A DNA stretch of 64,000 nt from a virus. The DNA lies in the IMG/VR virus record IMGVR_UViG_3300045988_176106; one strand, given 5' to 3'. The notes beneath the pieces were generated by a model. It saw only the letters and a program-made list of their open reading frames with translations. It ran no database searches and was not told the origin of the DNA. A program made the translations under genes and the position numbers. Positions 29,133-39,745 of this stretch are shown here, in pieces; the stretch's first letter is position 1, and every line of letters begins with the position of its first letter.

Positions 29133-31750
29133 ATAATTTTTTAAATACATCAGAAAAGTATGTTGGGAATACTCCAAACTGGCAGTCTAATCTTATTGCA
29201 AAAGTTCAAGAAGATGGCAACAATCTAATATCAGATATAAATAAGCTCAACAATAAGATAACTAGCAATGTCGGTGAATTTGCAAAATATGTGGCCGCAT
29301 TAAGAGATAAGATGGCCGAAGCTGTAGATATGTCATTATCTATGGCCTCTATATCTGGCAATAGTAATACACAGTACGATATTTCGCCTAGTGTTATATA
29401 TTCATCAGAAAACGTTGTTGTAAAAAATAACTCTGTATATATAAAACCAAAAGTTGCAAATAGATATACAATAGAGAATATAGAAGTTGATACATCTGGA
29501 ACATATGGCAATTCTTCAGATTATGAAAATCAAAGGTTTTACAATAAAGATACTATAGTATCAGATACGCAATTTGAAGTAGAAAGATTTAACCTACCTG
29601 TGTCTGCTACCTATACAATAAGATTATCTAAATTGTCTCCAGTTAATTTAATATCTTTTAAAGATGTCAATTTTGGCGTAGACATACCAGAAATAGTATC
29701 AATAGATGTATCTTCAGATGGAAAATCTTTTAAACGTATACCGTTCACAGTATTAAATGACTCTTTAAGAAGTATACAGATAGACGAATCATTTGTTAGA
29801 GTTTTAAGAGTTACAATTGTTCAGGATAATGGATATATCTCTGATGGTAAAAGGAATAGATTTGCTATAGGCATATCAAATCTTTCGATTGGTATTACTA
29901 CAGTTGAAGAACATGGAGAGATAATATTTGGCCCATTTAATTCTGGATATGAAATTTTAAAAGCATCAATAGCTGCTAAAATAAATAATGATGGATACTC
30001 TTTTAATAATTCACAATTCTCTATTAGCCCAGATTTAACAACATGGTATGACATAAGCACTCCGTACTCTATAAGTGAAAAACCTAAACATTTAGATTTT
30101 AATAATATATCGGATGGGTCTATATCAACAGAAAACCCTGTAAGGGTTTTATATTTAAGAATAATATTCTCTGGTAAAAAATATAGCAATTCATATTCTG
30201 ATAATAGAGTACAGAAACATACACAAAGTATAACAAAAATAAATCCTGTAATAGTATCTCCATTTGATCTAGGAGAAAAATATATCTTAGGTAAACTTTT
30301 AAATAGTTATTATGGCGGAAGTATTACAACAACTTCTTACTCTGATATAACTGGGACTACAGACTATATATCATCTATAAAAAGAAATAATGAATATGTA
30401 TATAGATCTTTTGATAGTATGGGATATATGGGAGAAACTAAAGTAAGGTATACTCCTAAAAGATGCAGAGTTGAAAAAGATAATAAATATAAAATAATAT
30501 CTAGTGAGACTATAGAGCCCGAATCAGTAAAAGTATATTCATATTCAAATCCTATAAGAAGAGATATAAGAGTTGCAAATTCAGAAAATGTTGTACTAGC
30601 GTTTAATGAGCATGCCGGAGTGTATAGACTTACAGATGGGAATATATACAGGGATTTAGATTTAACATCTGGATTTTTTGAGTCATGCTTCCAATGGACT
30701 TTTAAGCCATATGAAAAAGACTTATATTTATATGGTCCATCAGGTGTAATAGTTCATACATTTAATGCTGGTGAACCTGTAAATCTTTTAGATTATTTTA
30801 CATTTATTGCTCCGTTCTCATCTGAGAAATCACCAGTAAATATGAAATTTAATAAGAAGTACCCAGAAGTTAAATTAGAAGATTCTGAATTTACTATAAT
30901 AGATGGAAAAATATTTGCACATAATAGCTCTGCTATTATAAACTCAGACTATGTAGTAAAGAATAAATTAGACATAACAACAGATTTTTCTATAAATAGT
31001 ATAGATATATACACTGATGATGTAAGATTGTCTAAAACTTCTGAATCATTAAATTCTTATGATGGATTAAAAGTTGCAAAACTGTTAAAGACTCAAATAA
31101 TTAAAGGGTCTTTAGAATTTTCATATAAGAATGCTTCAGTATTCACATTCCTTAAAGAAGTAGATTTTATAAATGGGATCGATGAATTTAATACCGGCAA
31201 CAGTATTGAAATACAATTGCCTAAGGGTGCTAATAAATTTTCATTAGGAAGGCTAATAGATCACTTTTCAGATTTAAATTTTGTAGGATATACAGACATA
31301 TTTAAGACACAAGTTTACTCTGAAGCAGAATTAATATATGCTGGAGATTATTTATTAACAGATGAAAATAATCAAACATATATAACATTAGCTGATAATG
31401 CAAAAACCCATGATTTAATAGATACATCTGTAATATTAGATACAAATATATCATCTGCTGGTACTGGATACTATTCTATTGATTACAATAATGGAATAAT
31501 ATATTCTCAATCTATAATTAGTGGTGATATAAGAGTTTCATATTTGTACTCAAATGTATTTATAGAGGGCCAAAGTATGGAAACAATAGATAAAGAAAAA
31601 TACGGAATATCTGGCAGAACTGTTACTGTAAAAGAACCATCAGACTCTGACACTTATGCTGTACTATCTTTATTAGAAGATTCTATAACGGTCAATATAA
31701 ATAAATCTCCAGTTGTATCAAATATAACATTAAATACAGTGATAGGATAA
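29129..31750 (+). CDS. large structural protein with possible discoidin/galactose-binding-like module
   Basis: 873-aa ORF. The segment ...VSIDVSSDGKSFKRIPFTVLNDSLRSIQIDESFVRVLRVTIVQDN resembles carbohydrate-binding jelly-roll modules. This assignment is weak. Confidence 0.5.
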   Translation: MNNFLNTSEKYVGNTPNWQSNLIAKVQEDGNNLISDINKLNNKITSNVGEFAKYVAALRDKMAEAVDMSLSMASISGNSNTQYDISPSVIYSSENVVVKNNSVYIKPKVANRYTIENIEVDTSGTYGNSSDYENQRFYNKDTIVSDTQFEVERFNLPVSATYTIRLSKLSPVNLISFKDVNFGVDIPEIVSIDVSSDGKSFKRIPFTVLNDSLRSIQIDESFVRVLRVTIVQDNGYISDGKRNRFAIGISNLSIGITTVEEHGEIIFGPFNSGYEILKASIAAKINNDGYSFNNSQFSISPDLTTWYDISTPYSISEKPKHLDFNNISDGSISTENPVRVLYLRIIFSGKKYSNSYSDNRVQKHTQSITKINPVIVSPFDLGEKYILGKLLNSYYGGSITTTSYSDITGTTDYISSIKRNNEYVYRSFDSMGYMGETKVRYTPKRCRVEKDNKYKIISSETIEPESVKVYSYSNPIRRDIRVANSENVVLAFNEHAGVYRLTDGNIYRDLDLTSGFFESCFQWTFKPYEKDLYLYGPSGVIVHTFNAGEPVNLLDYFTFIAPFSSEKSPVNMKFNKKYPEVKLEDSEFTIIDGKIFAHNSSAIINSDYVVKNKLDITTDFSINSIDIYTDDVRLSKTSESLNSYDGLKVAKLLKTQIIKGSLEFSYKNASVFTFLKEVDFINGIDEFNTGNSIEIQLPKGANKFSLGRLIDHFSDLNFVGYTDIFKTQVYSEAELIYAGDYLLTDENNQTYITLADNAKTHDLIDTSVILDTNISSAGTGYYSIDYNNGIIYSQSIISGDIRVSYLYSNVFIEGQSMETIDKEKYGISGRTVTVKEPSDSDTYAVLSLLEDSITVNINKSPVVSNITLNTVIG

Positions 31751-31754
31751 TATA

Positions 31755-33515
31755 GTGGATTTAAATAAAATATCTAGGCTTTTTGATTCATATTCGCCAA
31801 TAAATGAATCTACTATAAATAATGAAAGTTCAGATATAACACCGTTATCATTAAATAACGGTGTTTATACTGATAAAAATATTAGGGACACTTTTTGGAA
31901 TTGGCATAAGATATTATTTCATAATCAGGATAAAGTATATGAGATAACAGAGAGGGCTAATAAAGTGTACGAAAAAATGCTAAACTACACAACAGATATT
32001 GGGAATAGAATTAATAAACTTTCAACATCTGCTAAAGGTGCAGCATTAGCTGATAGGTCCAACTCTAAATATACTAAGATCGTATACTATACCCCGACAA
32101 ATAAATCATATAATCCTGAAGATACAACAGCATCAGTATCAAATGGTAAAATATTCGGTGTAAACAATTCAGATAAGTTTGATAGCGACAAAGATATATC
32201 TAATTCAAAGATAACATTAGAGCATATAAGATGTACAATGTCAGATATAACAGGTGTAAATGATTGCCTAATAAGAAGTCATGATAATACACCTATTATG
32301 AAAACGGACGAAATAATAAATATTATGAAGCAGTTTAATGTCACTGGTACATCATCATTATCTGGAAACAAAACAATTGAATTTGTAGTTGATAGAGCAG
32401 AGTATAATTCATTTAACAATATACAGATAAAAACAGAAAAACCATATGTTTATACTGTTTACACTAGTGCAGATGGGGTCTATTATAATCACTTAAATAG
32501 TGATAAAATATTGACAAATGAACTAGATTTATCATTTAATTTATCTAATGATAGATATATAAAAATATCTGTACATTTTTCTAGACATACATTATTAAAT
32601 AATGGATTGTATAATTATATATGGGATGTAAATCATATATTTATAGCTATGAAGAAATACAAAAGTGAAACAGTATTTCAAAGCAACGATATAGATATAA
32701 ATACTACCGGTGAATATATAGCAATAGACACATGCGATAATTATGAAAATAAAAATGTAAGTATAAATTACATGATATCTATTGATGGTGGAATATTTAA
32801 AACAATAAAACCATTAAGAGCTATATCTAGAAGCGATTACACAATAAGATCACTAATCCCAATAAATGACTTTATAGATAACAATGTCGGCGTTATGACA
32901 AAATTTACAGAGTCAGAAGGAAAACATATCTATACAAATTTAATAGATAAAGGTATGTTCGAGAGCAATATTATCAAATTCTATAATGGATCTAATCCAT
33001 TTGTTGATAATGGAGACAGTATATCTATAACCGGCATAATAACTAAAGATAAAAAAGTAAACTTTAATGATACTGTATTCATAAATGGAGTACCATTTAG
33101 TGGAGAAACATTATTAAGGTGCGGGTTAGTAACAATAGATGTGCCAAAAAATAAATTTAATATACTTTTTGATTACCCTAATGTAGAAATAGTTTCATAT
33201 TCAAACGGCACATTTATTATTAAAAAAGACAATATAGAATCAACTGTATATGACAGAGACTACGAATCTAATATGTTTGTATTAATTGTTAATACATTTG
33301 ACTATATACTTGGAAACGAAATAACAGATGATATAGAAATGGACACTAAAGAAGATGGTGTTCAATTAAAAACATCTGATAGCGTTTCAAAATTATATGT
33401 ATTGGCGAGAAGTAAGTATTCTTCTGTTAAATCTGTTAAGATAAGAGCAGATATGAAATCATTAGATTCATATACTAAGCCTGAAATAACAAGAATAATA
33501 TTTAAAGTCGTCTAG
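31755..33515 (+). CDS. large structural protein (possible carbohydrate-binding module)
   Basis: 586-aa ORF with an apparent GTG start. The segment ...YTVYTSADGVYYNHLNSDKILTNELDLSFNLSNDRYIKISVHFSRH resembles the module in the preceding protein. Confidence 0.5.
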   Translation: MDLNKISRLFDSYSPINESTINNESSDITPLSLNNGVYTDKNIRDTFWNWHKILFHNQDKVYEITERANKVYEKMLNYTTDIGNRINKLSTSAKGAALADRSNSKYTKIVYYTPTNKSYNPEDTTASVSNGKIFGVNNSDKFDSDKDISNSKITLEHIRCTMSDITGVNDCLIRSHDNTPIMKTDEIINIMKQFNVTGTSSLSGNKTIEFVVDRAEYNSFNNIQIKTEKPYVYTVYTSADGVYYNHLNSDKILTNELDLSFNLSNDRYIKISVHFSRHTLLNNGLYNYIWDVNHIFIAMKKYKSETVFQSNDIDINTTGEYIAIDTCDNYENKNVSINYMISIDGGIFKTIKPLRAISRSDYTIRSLIPINDFIDNNVGVMTKFTESEGKHIYTNLIDKGMFESNIIKFYNGSNPFVDNGDSISITGIITKDKKVNFNDTVFINGVPFSGETLLRCGLVTIDVPKNKFNILFDYPNVEIVSYSNGTFIIKKDNIESTVYDRDYESNMFVLIVNTFDYILGNEITDDIEMDTKEDGVQLKTSDSVSKLYVLARSKYSSVKSVKIRADMKSLDSYTKPEITRIIFKVV

Positions 33516-33550
33516 CATAAGAAGATTAAAATATAATCAGGAAACAAAAC

Positions 33551-34831
33551 ATGCAAGTTACATTAACTTCTAAAGATACCAGCTTTACCTTTGTAAATGG
33601 CATCTCTGTTACACGTAATGGGACTAGTGTTGATTTAGATAAGGCCAGTCTAGATACAGTATCTGCTATATTAGCAGCTATTGATGATGGTCGTATTACA
33701 TCAGATACTCCTAGATCAACTGTTCTATCTAAACGTGGCTCATTAATTGCAGCCAGAGATGGAACAGCAGTTTTAGATGCATCAAGTATAGACCAAGACA
33801 TGCTTAAACAAGCTGTTAGTGGAGCTGTAACATCAGCATTAACAGATGAGTCAGTTAAAAATCAAATAGTTTCAGGCGTCAAAACAGCAGCAGAAGAAGC
33901 TAGCACTAAAGCACTTCAAGCTACGCAAACTGCATCTGCTGCAAGTACAGCTGCTCAGCAAGCTGCACAGCAAGCAACTTTGGCTATAACTAAAGCAAGT
34001 GAGGCTTCGGGTGCTGTTACTACAATAACAAACAAAGCAACAGAAGCAGAAGATAAAGCGCGTAGAGCATTAGAAACTGCTCAACAAGCAGCTACTACAG
34101 CAACTAAAGCTGCCGAAGCGGCAGGGAAGGTAACAGAAGCTGCAACCAAAGCAAATGAAGCTAGTAGTAAAGCAGCTCAAGCAGAATCTAAAGCTGCTGA
34201 AGCTGTAAGCAAAATAACACAGGCTGAACAAAAAGCTTCTGAAGCTTCGTCTAAAGTTGATGCTGCTGCAAGAAAAATTGAACAAGCAGAATCAAAAGCC
34301 TCTCAAGCTGAACAAAAAGTTGCTGAAGCTACTAAATCGGCTACAGAAGCAAAAGAAGCAGTTAGAGCTATCGAAGATAAAGTTGGATCTTTGCCTACTT
34401 TAGAGACAAGTGCTAAAGATAGCGCAGTTGTAGCTATAAATGAAGTTAAAAGTTTGGCAAATGCAGCATCTACTAAAGCTACTGGCTTGGAAGAAGCTCT
34501 CAAGACTCTGAAGACTAAAGTTGAAACACTTGAAAAATCTGGTGTTAAACCTGCTACTCCAGTTACTCCGCCAAATCCAGTAACTCCACCTCCAACACCA
34601 CAGCCTAATCCTGCTAATCCGGTAACACCAGCAGATCCATCAGATCCACGATCTGGACCAAATAAATATATTATCAGAAAAGATAATGGACAAAAACTTT
34701 ACGTATATGGACCTCGTCGTAACCTAGTTGATCTTACCGACTATGTATTAGCAAATGGTGATGACCAAATAGATGATGATGGATTCCCTAAACCTGGCGA
34801 AACAGTGTATACCGAAGAAGAAGGAGCTTAA
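33551..34831 (+). CDS. coiled-coil fibre/decoration-like protein with Ala-rich heptads and a Pro-rich linker
   Basis: 426 aa. Long run of K-x-x-(E/Q)-A-x-x heptads, then PATPVTPPNPVTPPPTPQPNPANPVTPADPSDP, then a small C-terminal globular part. First gene of the GC-richer island. Confidence 0.6.
   Translation: MQVTLTSKDTSFTFVNGISVTRNGTSVDLDKASLDTVSAILAAIDDGRITSDTPRSTVLSKRGSLIAARDGTAVLDASSIDQDMLKQAVSGAVTSALTDESVKNQIVSGVKTAAEEASTKALQATQTASAASTAAQQAAQQATLAITKASEASGAVTTITNKATEAEDKARRALETAQQAATTATKAAEAAGKVTEAATKANEASSKAAQAESKAAEAVSKITQAEQKASEASSKVDAAARKIEQAESKASQAEQKVAEATKSATEAKEAVRAIEDKVGSLPTLETSAKDSAVVAINEVKSLANAASTKATGLEEALKTLKTKVETLEKSGVKPATPVTPPNPVTPPPTPQPNPANPVTPADPSDPRSGPNKYIIRKDNGQKLYVYGPRRNLVDLTDYVLANGDDQIDDDGFPKPGETVYTEEEGA
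34031..34383 (+). repeat. 21-nt (heptad) periodic coding repeat
   Basis: KAAEAAG KVTEAAT KANEASS KAAQAES KAAEAVS KITQAEQ KASEASS KVDAAAR KIEQAES KASQAEQ KVAEATK SATEAKE AVRAIED, read directly from the translation. Confidence 0.85.
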
Positions 34832-34833
34832 TA

Positions 34834-37800
34834 ATGGCAACAGATGAACAATTAGCCACTATAGTTAACAAGTCTGTACTTAAAATAGGTAAGGACCAAT
34901 TTAAGCTTAAAAAAGAACTGCCTGTAACAATTCGAGAATCCTTCTATGATGAAGAGACATCAAAAGGATTAGCTGAAAAGCGTAAACAAACATTATTAAA
35001 TGAAGCGGCCCTTAAGTGGCCTCTTCATGATGAAGACAAGGTTTTCTACCTAGAAGACTGGTTTGAAGGCGAAGAGAGAGAAAGAATTATTTCTGGTTTC
35101 TACGAGAAAAATAGAAGTAGAGATGCCGAAACTAACCACTCTATAATTCTTCAACAAGCTTTTGACGCTATTCCTGATGGTTCTATAATTAAAACTAGAA
35201 AAACATCTAGATTCTTAATTGATAAAAATGAAAACTACATGGTAGACGAGTTCTCATTTAAAGTTCTTGAAAATGGCGTATATAAGAAAATTTCAAGAGT
35301 AGAACAATCTGATGGCCCAGATACACGTAGCCAATTACAAAAACAATTGGCCGAAGCTGGTGAACTGAGACATGAAGATTTGGGTCTAGAGCTTAGACCA
35401 ATGCAACCATGTGTATATATTCACCACAAACGTAGACTGTATATTGACTTTAACGGAACAATGTTCATAGTTAAAAAACTTGGTCAATCTGCTTTCTATC
35501 TTGGTTCTCACGATGGATATAACTCAGGCAACCACTTTATTAAAGACTTTGGTATATTCACTACCAGATGGTTCCAAGAGCGCGGATATAAAGGTGGTAA
35601 AAAAGGCTTCATGCCTCCTATAGATGGATGGTCAGAAGAACACCCTAATCATGGTAACGGTTATTCAACAAAAGGGTATTGGAAGTTTGGATTCAATACT
35701 TCTAACTATACTATTGATTTGTCTAGATTTGACAACAACTCTGCAATAACAGAAAATATTCAAGAAACTCCTGCTCTTACCAAACTTATCACTAGAGATA
35801 TTCTTAACCGCGTTTATGAAAACGGTAATGATGCCGGCTTACAATCTGACCCAGTTACTAAACTGAGCGGACAAGAGTTAAATGCTCGTTCTAGAGTTAG
35901 TCCTGGTGGATATGTAAACACTAAAACAGGTAAACATGAATTCCCTCAAGAAGATGGCACTACAGCTGAAAGATGGGGAACATGGGGTGGAATGCAATAT
36001 GGCTCAAATGGTAACGCAATTACAATTTTCGGTGACGAAGATACTGTAATTATGGACTTCTTGGCTGAAGGTTTCCACGGCGGCGCTATTGTATATGGAC
36101 GCTTAGGACGTATTGATGGTGTATCAGTTGAACGTGGAGATATTAAAACAGCAGAAGCTAATGGTCTTGTTGCAAGACGACAATATCTTCTTGGCGGTAA
36201 TGGACGCTACAATTATACTGGTATCGTTGGTTTAAACCGTGTAGACCGTATTGTAATATCAGGATTAGAATGTGATGGTATAGTAGGACATCCAGATTGG
36301 CACGTACAGCACTCTCGTTCTGGTACTAGTACAAATATTGACCCTGGCTATGGTTTATGGGTATCTAGATCACTCCCAATGACAGATATCCGTGCTGAAC
36401 ATAATAACTTCGGTGTATGTGCTCGTAAAGTAATGGATGCACACTGTGGATCTAAAATTTATTACAGATGGAATAAGGGTACAGCAGGCTACTACGGCGT
36501 ATCAGTAGTTGTTGGTGAATCATTAGCTACAGGCGATGATGGTGTAACAGAGGAACTGTTAACACACACATACTCAGACTCTGTAATGGATATTTCCTAC
36601 AATACATTTACAGTTGGTGTAATGGGTCTTCACTTCAGTAATGGCGACCTTGGCCCTAATGAAAGACGTAGGCTAAATAAATGGTGGTTGCGCGGAAACT
36701 TTATTGTACATGGTAATAATATATACGCTCCTTCTGGACTATATTATAACTATGGACACTATGGATTCTCTATTAAAGATAACGTGTTTACATATGCATT
36801 ACCATTTGGCGAATCATATGGAAGCAGAGCTGTAAGAAGCATCAGAGTTACAAAACCTGGTACTGGATATAAAATCCATGATCGTATTGTTATAGATGAC
36901 AGCTACGAGTCAACTGGATCATACGATGCACGTGGATGTTTCGGTTGGGTTACAGAGGTTGACGCTAACGGCGGCATTAAAGCTGTTGGACTGAATAGAG
37001 GTCATGACTACTACAAAGCTCCTAGAGTATCACATGTAATAACAGAGAACGGTACTGGTGCTGAATTTGAAACAAGCACAATTAATGGTTCTGCTGCAGT
37101 TACTATGGGTGCATGGAGACATCGTGGCCCAGCATTCGGCGATAAGATAGTAGACAACAGAATAAGAAATAGCCGCGACGGTAACTTTGCATATGCATTC
37201 AATTTGTATTCACTTGTTAATGCAACAATAACTGGGAATATAGTAGAGTCATCTCCATATTATACTATTGATCCAGTAATGAAAGAAACATTAACAATGC
37301 CTTATGCGTCTAAACGCGCATTCAGATCTGGTATTGAAACTAATCCGTACTATATGGATACATCAGATGGTGGTACAGGTGTTATAGCCTCTAAATGGGA
37401 TAACAACTGGATGGTTAATGATGCAAATGGTAAATACTCTTATATTAAAGAGCCTCCTACCAATAAAGATACTTATGGTGTTGATGGTAATATGTTCAGA
37501 GGCAATAATTATAAGGCTATAACTGTTCCTGTAAGAGAAGATAAGAATCCAGATAAAGAACTTATAATGCCTGCATTCGATGCTAGTGAAGAAAGAATTA
37601 TATTCAACTTCAAAGGCGATAAGAGGGATGACTACGCATGGGATACAAATAAAAAATATCCTGTAGTTCCGTTTATAACTATTACTAATCAGGTAAATAG
37701 ATACGCTAATCCAGAATGGTATTATATAGATCCATATCGTGATCGCGGTAGACTAGTTACTCTTGTAGGTAGAATAAATGGCACACCTGTAACTGGTGGT

Positions 37801-38487
37801 CAAATAGGTTTATTGCAAATAGACTTCGGTGATAACGCTGACAATAAAAAATCTACAATCTCTGCAGAAATGAGAGTAAGTAGCAAAGGTGTTAATAGCT
37901 ATGGTCGTGTAGTGTTATTTGGCAATAACAACGAATCTATTGAGGGACTTATACCTACAATTGGCGGTAAACGTGCTGATTACTTCTATATCATACAAAG
38001 AGGAAATCAAAATACCATTTATATAAATGGATCTAAAGCAGTTACAACCACAGATGCTAAGATAACAGCTGGTACAGCAGATTTAGATGGTGCCACCAAA
38101 GTTATGTTAGACCAATGGTTTAGAATATCTACACATATTACAGCTAAAGGTAAATCACTTGCAGTTGGTAGTAGATATTCTAATGGAGCCGGTAATTTAG
38201 CATCAGATATGGTTGCTAGAGGCAACTTCATAGTAGATAAATTTATCGAAAGATCTGAAGAAGAGATGGCTACTCTATCAGTTAAATCTGGAGTAGAAGA
38301 TCCGGAAGATCTTCCTGATAAAAGAGAAATAGTATTCTCTATGGATAATGCGAATGCCGGAGACAATAAAGTTCTTGGAGATAAAGCAAGCGATAATGCA
38401 GTTATAGAATTAGCTAGTACAGAATCGTTAGATTTATCTGAAGCAAGATATGCTCCGGATGGATTTAAATTAGTAGGTGCTATTTAA
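34834..38487 (+). CDS. tailspike/depolymerase-like protein (parallel beta-helix-like core, C-terminal LamG-like module), 1217 aa
   Basis: Good AAGGAG Shine-Dalgarno motif. The central region has repetitive G/N/V/I-rich turns (NGNAITIFGDEDTVIMDF..., NNIYAPSGLYYNYGHYGFSIKDNVFTY) typical of pectate-lyase-fold spikes. The C terminus (...TIYINGSKAV...WFRISTHITAKGKSLAVGSRYSNGAGNLASDMVARGNFIVDKFIERSEEEM) is LamG-like. Confidence 0.55.
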   Translation: MATDEQLATIVNKSVLKIGKDQFKLKKELPVTIRESFYDEETSKGLAEKRKQTLLNEAALKWPLHDEDKVFYLEDWFEGEERERIISGFYEKNRSRDAETNHSIILQQAFDAIPDGSIIKTRKTSRFLIDKNENYMVDEFSFKVLENGVYKKISRVEQSDGPDTRSQLQKQLAEAGELRHEDLGLELRPMQPCVYIHHKRRLYIDFNGTMFIVKKLGQSAFYLGSHDGYNSGNHFIKDFGIFTTRWFQERGYKGGKKGFMPPIDGWSEEHPNHGNGYSTKGYWKFGFNTSNYTIDLSRFDNNSAITENIQETPALTKLITRDILNRVYENGNDAGLQSDPVTKLSGQELNARSRVSPGGYVNTKTGKHEFPQEDGTTAERWGTWGGMQYGSNGNAITIFGDEDTVIMDFLAEGFHGGAIVYGRLGRIDGVSVERGDIKTAEANGLVARRQYLLGGNGRYNYTGIVGLNRVDRIVISGLECDGIVGHPDWHVQHSRSGTSTNIDPGYGLWVSRSLPMTDIRAEHNNFGVCARKVMDAHCGSKIYYRWNKGTAGYYGVSVVVGESLATGDDGVTEELLTHTYSDSVMDISYNTFTVGVMGLHFSNGDLGPNERRRLNKWWLRGNFIVHGNNIYAPSGLYYNYGHYGFSIKDNVFTYALPFGESYGSRAVRSIRVTKPGTGYKIHDRIVIDDSYESTGSYDARGCFGWVTEVDANGGIKAVGLNRGHDYYKAPRVSHVITENGTGAEFETSTINGSAAVTMGAWRHRGPAFGDKIVDNRIRNSRDGNFAYAFNLYSLVNATITGNIVESSPYYTIDPVMKETLTMPYASKRAFRSGIETNPYYMDTSDGGTGVIASKWDNNWMVNDANGKYSYIKEPPTNKDTYGVDGNMFRGNNYKAITVPVREDKNPDKELIMPAFDASEERIIFNFKGDKRDDYAWDTNKKYPVVPFITITNQVNRYANPEWYYIDPYRDRGRLVTLVGRINGTPVTGGQIGLLQIDFGDNADNKKSTISAEMRVSSKGVNSYGRVVLFGNNNESIEGLIPTIGGKRADYFYIIQRGNQNTIYINGSKAVTTTDAKITAGTADLDGATKVMLDQWFRISTHITAKGKSLAVGSRYSNGAGNLASDMVARGNFIVDKFIERSEEEMATLSVKSGVEDPEDLPDKREIVFSMDNANAGDNKVLGDKASDNAVIELASTESLDLSEARYAPDGFKLVGAI

Positions 38488-38497
38488 TAACTTAATA

Positions 38498-38518
38498 AGA
38501 GGGGTTAATAGCCCCTCT
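38498..38518 (+). terminator. GC-rich hairpin after the spike gene
   Basis: agagggg ttaatag cccctct: 7-bp stem, 11 nt after the stop at 38487. No strong T-tract. Confidence 0.45.
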
Positions 38519-38531
38519 ATAAAGGTAAATT

Positions 38532-39731
38532 ATGTTAAAATTCGTTAGAACAGGCAGAAAAGAAACTTCTTATTCAGCTGGCCTACATCCAGTAATAAAA
38601 GCAGGACTTAGAGCTGGAAAAGGAGAACATACTGTATTTGTTCCATTTAGATTAGAATCTATCAATACACAGCATAATATAGGCGTATTGGTATCTGGTA
38701 ATGGATACTCTCATGGTATAGTTGTTACTGACCCAACAAAAGAAGGTAAAAAGTTTAAAATAACAAGTAATGTAGATAGATATAATATCTATATTAATGG
38801 GGCAAAATATGATGGTAGAGAACTTGACTTCGGGCAAATTTATACGCTATCATTCTCTGCAGAATTAGGTACACTAGTACATCTTGGAGCATCTAAACTT
38901 GTATCGGCAGATTTCTATCAAGGTATAAAAATATTTTCAGAACGAAGAGTAGATGATACAGAGATAGAAGGTGAACATATATCTTGGTTAGAAAAATATG
39001 GCGAGGAAAAAACTAAAACATTAGCAGCTATTGAAGCAGCTAAACTAAATCCAGTTAAACCTAGTCCAGTAACGCCAAGCCCAGTTACTCCAGTTACACC
39101 TGAAAATCCTAAACAAGATGATCGAGCCATTAGAAACAATGATATAAACTCACTTGAGATAAATGAAAAAGAAAAGCTGGGAATATATACATTTAATTAC
39201 AACGGTGCATACGGCGGATTAGATTCAATAGGATCAGATGGTGCAGGAGTACTTACAATTTCCATAGTTCCATCTAATCCTCCTGTAGTAAATTATTCAT
39301 TATTTAATTCAACTGATGGTGAGGGAAATAGTAGCACCTCTGGACAAACATCGCCAGCAACTTCAGAAACTGGAACGCCACCTGTTGTAGAAAATAAACA
39401 TGAAGGATCTGGAGAACAAAACACTACAGCAACAGAGCAGCCTAATTCTGGCACAGGTACTAATACCCCATCTAGTGAAAATGCCCAGCCTGGTAATAAC
39501 TCTGGAACAGAAGTAAATCCGCCAGTAGCAAATACACCAGAAACGGGTAGTGAAACTGCAAAAGAAGAAACTGTAGCAGAAAAAGAAGCTAAAGGTATAT
39601 ATACTTTAAATCTTAAAAATGCAACAGAAGAATCAGTTAAATCTGACGGAGAAGGTTTAACAGTTAGAGCAGTATACTCATCTACTCCAGTAAATGGATA
39701 TAAACTTCTAGTTAAAGAAGAACAACAATAA
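38532..39731 (+). CDS. LamG-like domain protein with PVTP linker, internal duplicated small domain and S/T/N/G-rich spacer
   Basis: 399 aa. The N terminus (...NIYINGAKYDG...IYTLSFSAELGTLVHLGASKLVSADFYQGIKIFSERRVDDTEI) is LamG-like. Linker KPSPVTPSPVTPVTPENP. Duplicated segments EKEKLGIYTFNYNG...GAGVLTISIV and EKEAKGIYTLNLKN...GEGLTVRAVY. Confidence 0.5.
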   Translation: MLKFVRTGRKETSYSAGLHPVIKAGLRAGKGEHTVFVPFRLESINTQHNIGVLVSGNGYSHGIVVTDPTKEGKKFKITSNVDRYNIYINGAKYDGRELDFGQIYTLSFSAELGTLVHLGASKLVSADFYQGIKIFSERRVDDTEIEGEHISWLEKYGEEKTKTLAAIEAAKLNPVKPSPVTPSPVTPVTPENPKQDDRAIRNNDINSLEINEKEKLGIYTFNYNGAYGGLDSIGSDGAGVLTISIVPSNPPVVNYSLFNSTDGEGNSSTSGQTSPATSETGTPPVVENKHEGSGEQNTTATEQPNSGTGTNTPSSENAQPGNNSGTEVNPPVANTPETGSETAKEETVAEKEAKGIYTLNLKNATEESVKSDGEGLTVRAVYSSTPVNGYKLLVKEEQQ

Positions 39732-39745
39732 TATAAGGAATAAAA

